This document shows, piece after piece, positions 29,545 through 39,041 of a DNA stretch of 64,000 bases. The notes beneath the pieces are model-generated. The model made no database searches. It saw nothing but the letters and a program-made list of their open reading frames with translations, and was not told the DNA's origin. The DNA comes from a virus, in IMG/VR virus record IMGVR_UViG_3300049218_000295, positions 104,949-168,948 of that record, one strand, 5' to 3'. How positions within the stretch are numbered: position 1 is the stretch's first letter; each line of letters starts with the position of its first letter. The position numbers and the translations under genes are program-made.

Positions 29545-30071
29545 GACACGATATCAAGGCCCTTCATAGGAGTAGAAACTCTAAGCAAATTAGCGCAATT
29601 GGTGAATCGGCTGTGATGAGCTATTTCATCGCATTGGGCTACCCTGTATTCAGAGAAGTCGCCGACGCAAGTCCCGTTGATTTCATCCTTGACTATCAAG
29701 ACAAACTAGTCAAAGTCCAGGTAAAGACATTGCAACCCGCAGCTCACGATACTTATCAAGTGCGGCTGAGAAAAGAAGAACGCGGAAGGGACTTTCAGTA
29801 CACTTCCAAGATGGTGGACTTGCTGGCTGTATACTTGATAGACAAAGACAAAATCTGTTTCTTTAGAATGGGCGATTTTGAAGGTAGAGCCAGCTTTTCT
29901 GTTCGAGACACACCAACTAAGAACAACCAAAACCTATTAGTCAGGCGTGCTGATGACCATTTAGATTTCAGGCGGTGTTTGGAGCGGGTGGAGGGAATTG
30001 AACCCTCGGCCTCGATCTTGGCAAGATCGCGCTCTACCACTGAGCTACATCCGCACTTTAGAACAGACTGA
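29541..30071 (+). CDS. PD-(D/E)XK endonuclease, intron/tRNA-associated homing type
   Basis: GE..V.......GY.V......SPVD.I......LVKVQVKT; Y....VD..AVY. Confidence 0.8.
   Translation: MRHDIKALHRSRNSKQISAIGESAVMSYFIALGYPVFREVADASPVDFILDYQDKLVKVQVKTLQPAAHDTYQVRLRKEERGRDFQYTSKMVDLLAVYLIDKDKICFFRMGDFEGRASFSVRDTPTKNNQNLLVRRADDHLDFRRCLERVEGIEPSASILARSRSTTELHPHFRTD
29980..30054 (-). tRNA. tRNA-Gly(GCC)
   Basis: Loop TTGCCAA, TCCA. Confidence 0.92.
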
Positions 30072-30276
30072 TGTCTTCCTCTTTTAGCAGTTCATGCAAT
30101 TGGTCGCGTGTATCTTGAAAGGCCTTACTAGTTTCGTCAGTAAGGTTTTCGTATTTCAACTTCGCACGCAGCCAATTATCAAGTTCTTGCAAGGCACTCT
30201 TATACACGCCGCCATTAAGGCAAGTTTGATGTTCTTCGGACTCCTCTGGCAATTTGAAGGAGAGAGTTGCTCGCAT
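30058..30276 (-). CDS. Hypothetical phage protein
   Basis: 72 aa, MRATLSFKLPEE. Confidence 0.65.
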   Translation of the reverse strand: MRATLSFKLPEESEEHQTCLNGGVYKSALQELDNWLRAKLKYENLTDETSKAFQDTRDQLHELLKEEDISLF

Positions 30277-30292
30277 GTTTCGAAGATAAAAT

Positions 30293-30366
30293 TGGTAGCC
30301 CCGGACAGAATCGAACTGTCGTTCTTCGGGTGTAGGCCGAATCTCTTTCCATTAGAGGACAGGGCT
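30293..30366 (-). tRNA. tRNA-Val(TAC), C33
   Basis: Loop CCTACAC, ACCA. Confidence 0.85.
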
Positions 30367-30382
30367 ATCTATAAAATGCTGC

Positions 30383-30769
30383 ATGGATGATATCAAGATC
30401 CCAAATGCTGGTGAAGCTTATCTCAGAAGTTCCGCTTTTTCGAGTCCCGCGCGCAAGAGGCGGGAAGAAGCTTATGAACAAGACTTTAAGAGTTGCCTGG
30501 CAAAATGTACGTCCAATATCCAAACCGCAATCCCAGAAGGACGGTATGACACCTTTGTTTGTTATGACTTCAAAGGTCCCGCTTGGGCAGACTTTGAGAA
30601 GGATATTTCAAAGCATTTGATGGGTCTTGGCTATAAGGTGACCGCCGGGAAAGCGTATCGAAGTGTACATTTTCGCATTCGCTGGGGCCTTAGTCTCTGG
30701 GATAGACTTCTACGCCGTGAACCGCCAATGCTGGCTCTTCCACTTTTGCCGCCTAAAGAATTCATGTGA
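30383..30769 (+). CDS. Hypothetical protein
   Basis: 128 aa. Confidence 0.6.
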   Translation: MDDIKIPNAGEAYLRSSAFSSPARKRREEAYEQDFKSCLAKCTSNIQTAIPEGRYDTFVCYDFKGPAWADFEKDISKHLMGLGYKVTAGKAYRSVHFRIRWGLSLWDRLLRREPPMLALPLLPPKEFM

Positions 30770-31359
30770 GAACTGTAGAAGAACAAATCGCATCATGCAT
30801 TATTGAGTATGAAAAAGTTCTGTCACCGGAGTTCTGTCAATCGACCATTGAGAAATTCGAAAACGAGAAGCGGATTTTTCGAACCAATACCGCCTGGATT
30901 AACCCCGACGGCAGCCGGGACAGCAAAGAAGCCTACAACCTAGAGCTTTCCAAATACCGAGAATGGCATGATGTGGACCGCGCACTTTTTGCAACCGTGG
31001 CGGACTACGCTAAGGCCTACCAAAACACTTACAAAACCTCGTTCCCAATTCTATGTTCAGGTTTCAGCATGGCCCGCTACAATATAGGGGACTTTTGCCA
31101 TGAGCACAAAGATGCGTGGTTCGGACGGCCAAACAAACCAGTGCTCAGCCTGGTCTATTATCTTAACGACGTTCAGGAAGGTGGCGAACTTTATTTCCCA
31201 GCCCAGCAGGTGGCTGTGAAACCCCAACAGGGGAAACTTGTAATTTACCCATCGGACTACACCCATCGACATTCCGTCCATAAGGTGATTAGCAACCCAA
31301 GGTACATCGCGATGACTTTTCTGAGCTACCTGTCTAACCGTGAATGGGAGCTAAAATGA
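30766..31359 (+). CDS. 2OG-Fe(II) oxygenase
   Basis: HKD, YYLNDVQEGGEL.F, YPSDYTH.H.V, RY. Confidence 0.88.
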   Translation: MRTVEEQIASCIIEYEKVLSPEFCQSTIEKFENEKRIFRTNTAWINPDGSRDSKEAYNLELSKYREWHDVDRALFATVADYAKAYQNTYKTSFPILCSGFSMARYNIGDFCHEHKDAWFGRPNKPVLSLVYYLNDVQEGGELYFPAQQVAVKPQQGKLVIYPSDYTHRHSVHKVISNPRYIAMTFLSYLSNREWELK

Positions 31360-31572
31360 AGTTGGTTGTCTCTGCGGAAGTCTTGAAGATTTTAAACGAC
31401 CCTTCCATTACCTGGAAGGTGCGGCGGGCCTTACTCCGCCTGAAAACTGACCTCACCGAAGATGCAATCGAAGAGCTTGTGCCTTCAGAATCATACGATG
31501 CGCCCGTAAGCGTCTTCCAAACGCATGACATCGTCGAGATGCGGTGTTGACACTTCGAATAAAAATAAGACT

Positions 31573-31647
31573 TGGTCCGCCCAGCCGCGTTTGAATCGGC
31601 TTCTTAGAGTTATCATCTCCATGCTCTACCACATAAGCTATGGGCGG
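31573..31647 (-). tRNA. tRNA-Ile(GAT)
   Basis: Loop ATGATAA, ACCA. Confidence 0.82.
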
Positions 31648-31668
31648 GTACAACGACACGAGGGCAGA

Positions 31669-31743
31669 TGGTGGGTTGCCGGAGAGTCGAACTCCGTTCT
31701 TCTGGGTAAGAACCAGAAGCTTCACCACTAAAGCTTGCAACCC
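31669..31743 (-). tRNA. tRNA-Lys(CTT)
   Basis: Loop TTCTTAC, ACCA. Confidence 0.88.
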
Positions 31744-31756
31744 AATAAAAGTATGT

Positions 31757-32149
31757 ATGACTAAACAAGTAATCGTCCTTAGAACCGACCTCAAAATGCC
31801 AACGGGAAAAGCCGTTGCCCAAGGTGCCCACGCCTCTCTCAAAGTCTTTTTTGACCGAATCAACCGGGCGGCCTCTGTCGGTGGAAAGCTTGTTATCGAG
31901 AACATCCAATCCGAAGAGTACGACTGGATTCATGGGATTTTCACGAAAATTGCTTTAGGGTGCGATTCTGAGGCGGATTTGGTGGCCTTATATGAGAAGG
32001 CCAAAGAGGCCAATCTTCCTCATTCCCTGATCCAGGATGCTGGCAAAACTGTCTTTAACGAAGTGACCACCACTTGCATTGCTATCGGCCCTGGACCTGT
32101 TGAGGCCATCAATGCAATTACCGGTCATCTCAAAATGTACAAGTACTAA
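31757..32149 (+). CDS. pth2: Peptidyl-tRNA hydrolase, Pth2 family
   Basis: KQVIVLRTDLKM..GK.VAQ.AHA, IQDAG.T, T.IAIGP. Confidence 0.92.
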   Translation: MTKQVIVLRTDLKMPTGKAVAQGAHASLKVFFDRINRAASVGGKLVIENIQSEEYDWIHGIFTKIALGCDSEADLVALYEKAKEANLPHSLIQDAGKTVFNEVTTTCIAIGPGPVEAINAITGHLKMYKY

Positions 32150-32685
32150 TGGACAAGCTGGTTCAATTACGGAAGTTCATGGAAGTGCTCTTTGAACATG
32201 GTGAAAAGACTGGTTTCGGGACCAAGAAAGATGTGCAGTTTCTGGACCAAGAAGCTCTTACGGTAACGGACCTTTCTTACGAAAAATTCTGTATCAACCC
32301 ACTGCGTGGCTCGCGCTTGGACGAAAACGTAACTGCTTTCCGAAATATCCTGATTGAGTCGGACGTCCTGAGTCTCGGGGAGCAGAAGGAATACATCGAG
32401 GGGTTGGAACTGCCTTATTCTACCTGCTGCTATAGCGGGGGCAAGTCCTACCACTTTATCATTGCTCTTACCGAGTCTTTGCCTTCCGCCACCGAATACA
32501 CGCGTTTGGTGCGCAGGGTCCTCTCAGGTGTCCCTTTGGCGGACCAATCTAAGGCCAATCCCAGTCGAGTGTCGCGCTTTCCTTTTCATCTCCGGGCCTC
32601 GGGGCAAGAGCAGACTTTGCAGGAGGTGCGTCCGCGTGTTCCTCTACGAGTCCTCGAGCAATGGCTTAGCGTGAAAAGCCCTTAA
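32149..32685 (+). CDS. Primase-polymerase (AEP/RepB-like) catalytic domain
   Basis: LIESD, YSGGKSYH, D....NPSR.SR.P. Confidence 0.7.
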   Translation: MDKLVQLRKFMEVLFEHGEKTGFGTKKDVQFLDQEALTVTDLSYEKFCINPLRGSRLDENVTAFRNILIESDVLSLGEQKEYIEGLELPYSTCCYSGGKSYHFIIALTESLPSATEYTRLVRRVLSGVPLADQSKANPSRVSRFPFHLRASGQEQTLQEVRPRVPLRVLEQWLSVKSP

Positions 32686-32897
32686 TCTTCGTTCTCGTCT
32701 TCCGGAACCGTCGGCACCATCCAAATCAGAATTACCAAAATAAATAGCCCCAGGGACAACAACGCCCAGTCACCGTTGATTTCCGGAGCCGGTTCCGATT
32801 CCGGAACGGCTACGATTGTTGCATGGTCGCTTGATAGCGGCTTAATAAAATCCTGGGCTCGAGCGGGCTGCCAGTATTCTTGTTGTGGAGTATCCAT
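32682..32897 (-). CDS. Small membrane protein
   Basis: AGGAGG SD, one transmembrane helix. Confidence 0.55.
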   Translation of the reverse strand: MDTPQQEYWQPARAQDFIKPLSSDHATIVAVPESEPAPEINGDWALLSLGLFILVILIWMVPTVPEDENED

Positions 32898-32932
32898 CCA
32901 TGGCCCTCCTTTTCAAGGTAGGACTGGAAAAA

Positions 32933-33008
32933 TGGTAGGTGCTGCAGGAGTTGAACCTGCGACCTTCTGCGAGTCATGCAGAAGCTCTACCAACTGAGCT
33001 AAGCACCC
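32933..33008 (-). tRNA. tRNA-Val(GAC)
   Basis: Loop ATGACTC, ACCA. Confidence 0.9.
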
Positions 33009-33028
33009 ACGTGCCGACGCAGACGAGT

Positions 33029-33436
33029 CTATTTGTTAAAGTGTTTGTAGAAACCTTCGAGGGAACTGCGCTGCTTCACGACTTCGTCAATCATTTTGTG
33101 GAGTTCCTGGTCTTTCTCTTTACTGCCTTTATCAAGCAAGCCCAGCAAGTATGTTTTGAGGCCGTCAAAGCGTTCAGCTTCGGTCATATAAGACTTTTTG
33201 GCCGCTTCAGCAGACTTGCCGACTTTGAGGACGGCCTTTAGGACGTCAAGCCACGGAGCATTGGGACCGACGGGGAGCTTGTCCATCGTGGAGACAACCA
33301 GCGAGTCTTCCTTCATGTCCCCGTTCGCATCGAGTGCGTAAACTTGAACTTCTTTTCCGTCCACAATAACGCGCCAGGTAGCGCCTTGGTACTTGACTGA
33401 GTTTTCCGCTGATGCCATGGCTATAATATAACTCAC
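33029..33436 (-). CDS. Hypothetical protein
   Basis: 135 aa; start uncertain. Confidence 0.6.
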   Translation of the reverse strand: MSYIIAMASAENSVKYQGATWRVIVDGKEVQVYALDANGDMKEDSLVVSTMDKLPVGPNAPWLDVLKAVLKVGKSAEAAKKSYMTEAERFDGLKTYLLGLLDKGSKEKDQELHKMIDEVVKQRSSLEGFYKHFNK

Positions 33437-33443
33437 GAGCGTA

Positions 33444-33517
33444 TGGTGGGGCCACAGAGAATCGAACTCTGATCTTCCGGTTAAAAGCCGGAAGCTCTAC
33501 CGTTGAGCTATAACCCC
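33444..33517 (-). tRNA. tRNA-Lys(TTT)
   Basis: Loop CTTTTAA, ACCA. Confidence 0.92.
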
Positions 33518-33528
33518 ATAAAAGAAAC

Positions 33529-33557
33529 TTGACAAACTACGGACAATATGCTATAAG
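33529..33557 (+). promoter_or_regulatory. Sigma70-type promoter
   Basis: TTGACA-17-TATAAG with extended TG; ATG 8 nt downstream. Confidence 0.7.
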
Positions 33558-33565
33558 GTACATCA

Positions 33566-33913
33566 ATGAAAAAAGCAGTTGCGATAGTTAGCCAGGATTC
33601 AGAATTAGAACAGATGGTAAAGGCGCTCACCGAGGTCGATGAGCACTATGACCAAAAGCAGGAATTTCTGGTGAAACAGGCCAAAGACCTCAAAAAAGAG
33701 CGCAAGGCTCGGTCCGAGCCTATTCTGAATAGCATACTTAACCATCTCCGCGACCATAACAAACTTCCGCCCGGCTTTGATGAAAAAACCCACCACTTGC
33801 ACGTTGATGAAGATGCTGATGCCGTCATGGTTTGCGACGGTTCTGAGCACTCAGGGCATCCAATTCTGCAATTCCTGGGCGGGCTTGGTTTTAATCCAGA
33901 AAGTCTCGAATGA
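33566..33913 (+). CDS. Hypothetical protein
   Basis: 115 aa. Confidence 0.65.
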   Translation: MKKAVAIVSQDSELEQMVKALTEVDEHYDQKQEFLVKQAKDLKKERKARSEPILNSILNHLRDHNKLPPGFDEKTHHLHVDEDADAVMVCDGSEHSGHPILQFLGGLGFNPESLE

Positions 33914-34239
33914 TGTTCATTACCGAAAAGCCCGAAGCCTTTATTAGTGGCATCTTTGCACAAAAAGGCGACTGTCTAGAATACGCGGTCAAGAACTTCG
34001 CCAAGGGGGACGGCCACAAAGTCCGCGAACTGCGCGAAATCAATCACTACCCATTCTTTATCATTGAGCGTCCCAAAGGCTCATTCAAGTTCTTGCAATA
34101 CAAGAAAGACTTGCCCAAAAAGTGGCAGAAGAAAAAGGGCTACACGGTTTATACGATTACTAAGGATTGGCAACCGCCGACTCCAAAGACCGACTATATG
34201 GGTGCACTCGAACATGAACACAGCGATGAGGAAGTCTAA
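33910..34239 (+). CDS. Hypothetical protein
   Basis: ATGA overlap, 109 aa. Confidence 0.6.
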   Translation: MMFITEKPEAFISGIFAQKGDCLEYAVKNFAKGDGHKVRELREINHYPFFIIERPKGSFKFLQYKKDLPKKWQKKKGYTVYTITKDWQPPTPKTDYMGALEHEHSDEEV

Positions 34240-34707
34240 TGCTTGGTGAGGGCTATCGGAGCCTACAAAGACTCGTTCTGGCTAGTCGTTACTGGAGTTG
34301 GCTCCTGTACTTTTGTCGGGGTTTGCTACCTCTATCTTACTCTGCGTTGCATGCACAAAGGTTACGTGCAGCCGCCAGGAGTAGTTTCATTAGCCCGTTA
34401 TCGTGACCAAAGGAGATTCAGTGGCCTCAAAAATTGAACACATCGTGAAGCATGATGCTTATACCGACGCCTTGCTTTGGGCCATGGATGTTGACCATGA
34501 AAGCACTGTCAAGTGGCTCGCGGAAAAAGCTGACGCTCACAAAAAGTATTTAGAAGAAATTCGCACCAAGAAGGCGGCCTATTACGCCACTGCCCCCAAG
34601 AACCGATTTCTAAACTGGCTCGGTCACAAATGTTTGGCCTGGGCCTGGGGCGGGAATTCTTATATGGCAATTACACTGAACCAAACCAATGAACCTAGGG
34701 AGACTAT

Positions 34708-34923
34708 ATGACCGATTATCAACTGTTAGTAGAAACTTTCACTAAACTGGGCATCAAATTCGAAGAATGCGATGAGCGCGTGATGACCACGCCAATTCCA
34801 GTTCTTGGTGCGACTAAGTTTCTTTCAGTACTAGTTGCCCATTATCATTTCGCCGCTGACGGAACCTATCTCGGCACCGAGTGCAACGGCGACGGCACTT
34901 TCGTTAAGTCAACCAAGCTGTAA
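34708..34923 (+). CDS. Hypothetical protein
   Basis: GGAG SD, 71 aa. Confidence 0.55.
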   Translation: MTDYQLLVETFTKLGIKFEECDERVMTTPIPVLGATKFLSVLVAHYHFAADGTYLGTECNGDGTFVKSTKL

Positions 34924-35104
34924 TAAGTACCGTGGGGGAACTTATCGAGCTGGAACAGTACGAATGCGTGTCTGTATGCAAAAAGCGCTTCACGCTTGTG
35001 GTCAATGACGACCTAAAAATCTGCCCGCAGTGTGGTGACGTGCTGTATTGCATCGGTAAATACTCCGTCATGAGGAAGATTAAAAAGCGCTTTGGCTAAA
35101 AATG

Positions 35105-35179
35105 TGGTGGAGATGTGGGGAATCGAACCCCAACTCGCTGCGTGCAAAGCAGCAGTGCTACCACTATCACTACATCCCC
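35105..35179 (-). tRNA. tRNA-Ala(TGC)
   Basis: G3:U70, loop TTTGCAC, ACCA. Confidence 0.92.
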
Positions 35180-35183
35180 AATT

Positions 35184-35259
35184 TGGTGGAGCCAGTCGGG
35201 TACGATCCGACGACCTTTAGACTGCCAGCCTAACGCTCTACCAACTGAGCTATGACCCC
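35184..35259 (-). tRNA. tRNA-Ala(GGC)
   Basis: G3:U70, loop CTGGCAG, T-loop ATCGTAC, ACCA. Confidence 0.9.
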
Positions 35260-35359
35260 ACAAACGAATTGAGCGCCCCGCCTTCGCGCTGACTAGTATG
35301 CACCTACGCGGGTTAATCCTCGTGCGTGCGTAGTGCACGAGTTGGAAAGCGCTCAAAAT

Positions 35360-35436
35360 TGGTGCCCATCGTCGGATTCGAACCGACACTGTCTACTTAC
35401 TCAAAGTAGCGACTCCTGCCGTTGGTCTAGACGGGC
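35360..35436 (-). tRNA. tRNA-Leu(GAG), short variable loop
   Basis: Loop TTGAGTA, ACCA. Confidence 0.87.
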
Positions 35437-35450
35437 GCATTAAACAAAAA

Positions 35451-35527
35451 TGGTGCCGCCCGAGGGACTCGAACCCTCAACGCCTACGGTCTAAACGTAG
35501 TGACTCTACCAATTGGTCTAGAGCGGC
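35451..35527 (-). tRNA. tRNA-Leu(TAG), short variable loop
   Basis: Loop TTTAGAC, ACCA. Confidence 0.88.
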
Positions 35528-35536
35528 ATAAAACAC

Positions 35537-36010
35537 TTGATGGCTAAAGTTTACGCAGGTATTGGTTCTAGGTCGACTCCCGAAACCGTCTTACAAAAGT
35601 TTATTTCGATTGCCTCGCTTCTTGAAATTCGAGGCTTCCACCTCCGTTCGGGTGGAGCGGTGGGAGCAGACCAGGCCTTTGAAAAGGGCGTCGCGCAACC
35701 CCACATGAAAGAAGAGCTGCGGCCAAGGGATGCCACCGAGGCTGCAATGGAAATCGCGGCCCGTATTCACCCTGCCTGGCACATGTGCGATGAGCCTGCT
35801 CGTCGATTGCACGGTCGCAATGTCCAAATCATTCTGGGTCGCGACCTTCAAGACCCAGTGATGTTTGTCCTGGCTTATACCGAATCACCCGACCGGGGTG
35901 GAACTCGTACTGGTCTAGTGCTGGCCAAAGACTACAGCAAACCGGTGTTCAATTTCGCAGTCCCAGGAACCGAAGAAGCCTTCATGAAATACTATACTGA
36001 GTCTCTGTAG
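35537..36010 (+). CDS. SLOG/DprA-like nucleotide-binding protein
   Basis: YAGIGSR.TP, LRSGGA.GADQAFE, RNV.IILG, GGT. Confidence 0.8.
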   Translation: MMAKVYAGIGSRSTPETVLQKFISIASLLEIRGFHLRSGGAVGADQAFEKGVAQPHMKEELRPRDATEAAMEIAARIHPAWHMCDEPARRLHGRNVQIILGRDLQDPVMFVLAYTESPDRGGTRTGLVLAKDYSKPVFNFAVPGTEEAFMKYYTESL

Positions 36011-36085
36011 TGGTGGTCCCTGCGCGAATCGAACGCGCATTCTCACTTTAGGAAAGTGTAGTCCTGTCCATTGAACGAAGGGACC
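36011..36085 (-). tRNA. tRNA-Arg(CCT)
   Basis: Loop TTCCTAA, ACCA. Confidence 0.88.
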
Positions 36086-36100
36086 GGTTATCTTGTAACC

Positions 36101-36517
36101 ATGACCAGGAAACTACTTGCGGCGCTTCAAAAAGTGGTTGCTTCCAAAATTATCAACTTACAGTCTTTGGGCCATGGCGACATCGATATTCTATCTAGCC
36201 TCCTCAAACTCGAAGAGGAAATGGGACTAGAAATTTCCGGACAGGTGCCCTTATTTGGTATGATCGATGGGGTTCATGTTGCTGCGGCTATTTGGGTTGA
36301 GCCCGAGGGTGGCTTCTTCACTGTTGCGGTCGACCCCAAATACCAGAGCAAAGGCTACGCACGCAAGTTGCTTGAAAAATTGATTAAGTATGGCAAAGAG
36401 CAAGGATGGGAATTCCTCTGCTGTGACGCCATTCATCCAGCTACCAAGCATTTGGCCCAAGATTTGGGCTTTGTTCATCGCGGCAACATTGAGTGGTACC
36501 TTAGCCTGGAAGAGTAA
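36101..36517 (+). CDS. GNAT acetyltransferase
   Basis: VAVDPKYQSKGYA..LL motif A; LGF. Confidence 0.85.
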   Translation: MTRKLLAALQKVVASKIINLQSLGHGDIDILSSLLKLEEEMGLEISGQVPLFGMIDGVHVAAAIWVEPEGGFFTVAVDPKYQSKGYARKLLEKLIKYGKEQGWEFLCCDAIHPATKHLAQDLGFVHRGNIEWYLSLEE

Positions 36518-36529
36518 AATTCGGGTACT

Positions 36530-37942
36530 ATGCAAACCTTTGGTGCCCAGTATGTTGTTTACGAAGATAGTGGTTTTCTTAGAGAGTCAGTGCACCGCGT
36601 CTACCCCTTCCTAAAGAAGATACTGTTCCTGGTTGGGTTCGAGCCCTGGAATGGCAAGGGCGATGTTAAGTACCCACTGCAATCCATTGAACGCATCTTC
36701 TCGATGCCCGACCCGGATAAGAAGTTTGTCGTTGTCCAAAAGTACTGGGCTACCGAGGAAGAGCAACGCAATGAAGGTCTAAAGATTCTTCACGAACTGG
36801 GTTGCGACTGGGGCGTGGTCATCGACGATGACGAACTATACAATCGCCAGGAGTTCTACAACACTCTAAACAGAATTTCCAACTGGAGCCACAGTAATGG
36901 TCACCCGTCGGCTTTCACAGTCCCTCAGCAAATTTATTGGAAAAACCGCGATACCGTGATCGCCCATATTTCAAGTTCTCTACCGACCTTCGCATTTACG
37001 ACTCCGGGCTATGTGCATTTCACTAAGCACCGAGCATATTACGTCGACATTGGGGTCTGGAATAACTTAGATCAGAGCGAAATTGTTTGTCACCATATGT
37101 CCTATGTGCGTTCCGATGAACAGATGCTTCGCAAGATTTCGACATTCTCCCATGCCGATGAAATCCGCAATGATTGGTACCAGAACAAATGGCTCGGTTG
37201 GAATACAACTGTTTGGAATACAACTGTTACTAACTTGCATCCTATTAATCCCCAAGATTTTCACTATGCAATGAATGCCTGCTTCTCGTCACATATTCTT
37301 GAAGCCATTCCTCACGAATTGACTTTCACGCCGGAAAAGACTTTGTTTGACTCCTATGTTGACTACCGTAATTCACAACTGGTAGATTTCAAATCCCATG
37401 AAAGCGAAAACACAGTATGGTCCGACGGTCAGAAGCGTTTTATTGACGAGTTCATGCACTATCCGCTCGATGCCCAAATCCTCGACATTTCTTGTGGCGA
37501 TGGTATCGGACTCCGACAGTTCAGAGACAAAGGGTTCACCAAAGTCGAAGGCTTCGAATGGGACACTGATAAGACCGAACGCGCCCGCCAGTACGGTTAT
37601 CGTGTACATCAGGGCGACATGCACGACCTGCACAATTTCCCGCCGCAGAGTTTCGATGTAGTTTATTCTTCGCATACTTTGGAGCACGCTTTGAAACCAA
37701 AAAAGGTCTTGCAGCAGTTCCGACATGTGCTTCGGGCGGACGGTGATTTGGTACTTGTGTTGCCTTTCCCAGACACCGGACCTGATAAGGCTCATTGCGG
37801 AAAATATGAACTCGGGACCGACCGCGACGATGGCGGCCAGAAACTTACTCAGTTTCTAGAAGAGCTTGGTTTCAAAGTTATTGAGAAACGCTTTGATAAC
37901 TTCCGCGAACCGGAAATCTGGTTGCGCTGCAAACCTCTATAG
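36530..37942 (+). CDS. Glycosyltransferase-like and class I SAM methyltransferase fusion
   Basis: N-terminal VIDDDE and HMSYVR; C-terminal ILDISCGDG, GDMH, FDVVYSSHTLEH. Confidence 0.8.
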   Translation: MQTFGAQYVVYEDSGFLRESVHRVYPFLKKILFLVGFEPWNGKGDVKYPLQSIERIFSMPDPDKKFVVVQKYWATEEEQRNEGLKILHELGCDWGVVIDDDELYNRQEFYNTLNRISNWSHSNGHPSAFTVPQQIYWKNRDTVIAHISSSLPTFAFTTPGYVHFTKHRAYYVDIGVWNNLDQSEIVCHHMSYVRSDEQMLRKISTFSHADEIRNDWYQNKWLGWNTTVWNTTVTNLHPINPQDFHYAMNACFSSHILEAIPHELTFTPEKTLFDSYVDYRNSQLVDFKSHESENTVWSDGQKRFIDEFMHYPLDAQILDISCGDGIGLRQFRDKGFTKVEGFEWDTDKTERARQYGYRVHQGDMHDLHNFPPQSFDVVYSSHTLEHALKPKKVLQQFRHVLRADGDLVLVLPFPDTGPDKAHCGKYELGTDRDDGGQKLTQFLEELGFKVIEKRFDNFREPEIWLRCKPL

Positions 37943-37965
37943 CCATTTCCAGTTATTTTTGAGAC

Positions 37966-38499
37966 ATGAATACGTTGATGCGCGCCCTGGCTCGTGTTCT
38001 CGCTGAGGAACAGCCCCAAGAGTTGCCTAAACCCGTTCTCAATTTCTTCCGTGCTTGGGATAACTGGGTGAAAGATAAAGCACTCGAATACTCTAGGGAA
38101 CCGGCGGTCAAAGACTTTTTGAGCAAATATCAGCCAAAGCATGCTATGAAACTATATCGTGGACTAAAGTACGAGACAGAACATAAATCCCTCTTTGAAA
38201 AATTTCTAGGTACAGAGGTCAAAGAAGGCGTGGTTTTTGACTATAGCGACAAGCAGCTCTCTTCATGGACCACGGACATCAGTCACATTGAATATGGTGA
38301 TTTTCATTGTGATGAGGTTTGCAAATATGGGGTGATTCTAGAGGCGACTGTCCCACAGAATCTCCTTCTCGTTGATTTTTCCCTAATTCCGGAAGACTTA
38401 GCAAAGCTACTAGCTCTCCGAAATGAGGGAGAAGTTATTGTACAGCCTGGGAAGTTTCAGGCAAAGATAAAGTCTTTATCGACTTACAAGTCTGAGTAA
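37966..38499 (+). CDS. ADP-ribosyltransferase-like protein (R-S-E clade)
   Basis: LYRG, SSWTT, E-G-E-VIV. Confidence 0.65.
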   Translation: MNTLMRALARVLAEEQPQELPKPVLNFFRAWDNWVKDKALEYSREPAVKDFLSKYQPKHAMKLYRGLKYETEHKSLFEKFLGTEVKEGVVFDYSDKQLSSWTTDISHIEYGDFHCDEVCKYGVILEATVPQNLLLVDFSLIPEDLAKLLALRNEGEVIVQPGKFQAKIKSLSTYKSE

Positions 38500-38501
38500 A
38501 G

Positions 38502-38578
38502 TGGTAGCCCCAGGGAGATTCGAACTCGCCGTCTGTAGATTCGTAGTCTACTGTCCTATCCTATTGAACGACAGGGCC
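38502..38578 (-). tRNA. tRNA-Arg(ACG)
   Basis: Loop CTACGAA, ACCA. Confidence 0.88.
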
Positions 38579-38690
38579 ACATACAGATGAGGGATGGTGG
38601 AGGCGTCGCATTCCGGACTCCCCGGTTAGCGACTAGCATCCTTTCCATCCCTCTGTCTTTAAAGATGGTTATGTTTTGGTCTTTGTCAAG

Positions 38691-39041
38691 TTAGGAAGCT
38701 TGCTCGATTTGCTTGGTAGAACCGCCGGTAATCGAGATCGCTCGCACCTTTGGCTGCACTCGCGGTAGCGAGATTTCAAGCAGTCCATTTTGCAGTGAAG
38801 CATCGATTTTTTCGTAATCGATGTTCTCTGGCAAAATGAAGTCCTGTTTGAAGTCCGAACCGCGTTTACGGTACTCGACTCGTAGAGCATGTTCTTGTTC
38901 CAACACTGAAACTTTGCACTGCTCCGAAGTTACGCCAGGTAGTTCCATTGTGAGCTTGCCATCGCTATAAGTTACTCCGGCTGGAGCTGTTGGAACATTC
39001 CAAGCAGGAAACGTAAAGGGAAAGAAAAGGTCATTAATCAT
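38691..39041 (-). CDS. Small heat-shock protein (Hsp20)
   Basis: ELPGV, F.LPENID...I.ASLQNGLLEISLP; AGGAGG SD. Confidence 0.9.
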   Translation of the reverse strand: MINDLFFPFTFPAWNVPTAPAGVTYSDGKLTMELPGVTSEQCKVSVLEQEHALRVEYRKRGSDFKQDFILPENIDYEKIDASLQNGLLEISLPRVQPKVRAISITGGSTKQIEQAS

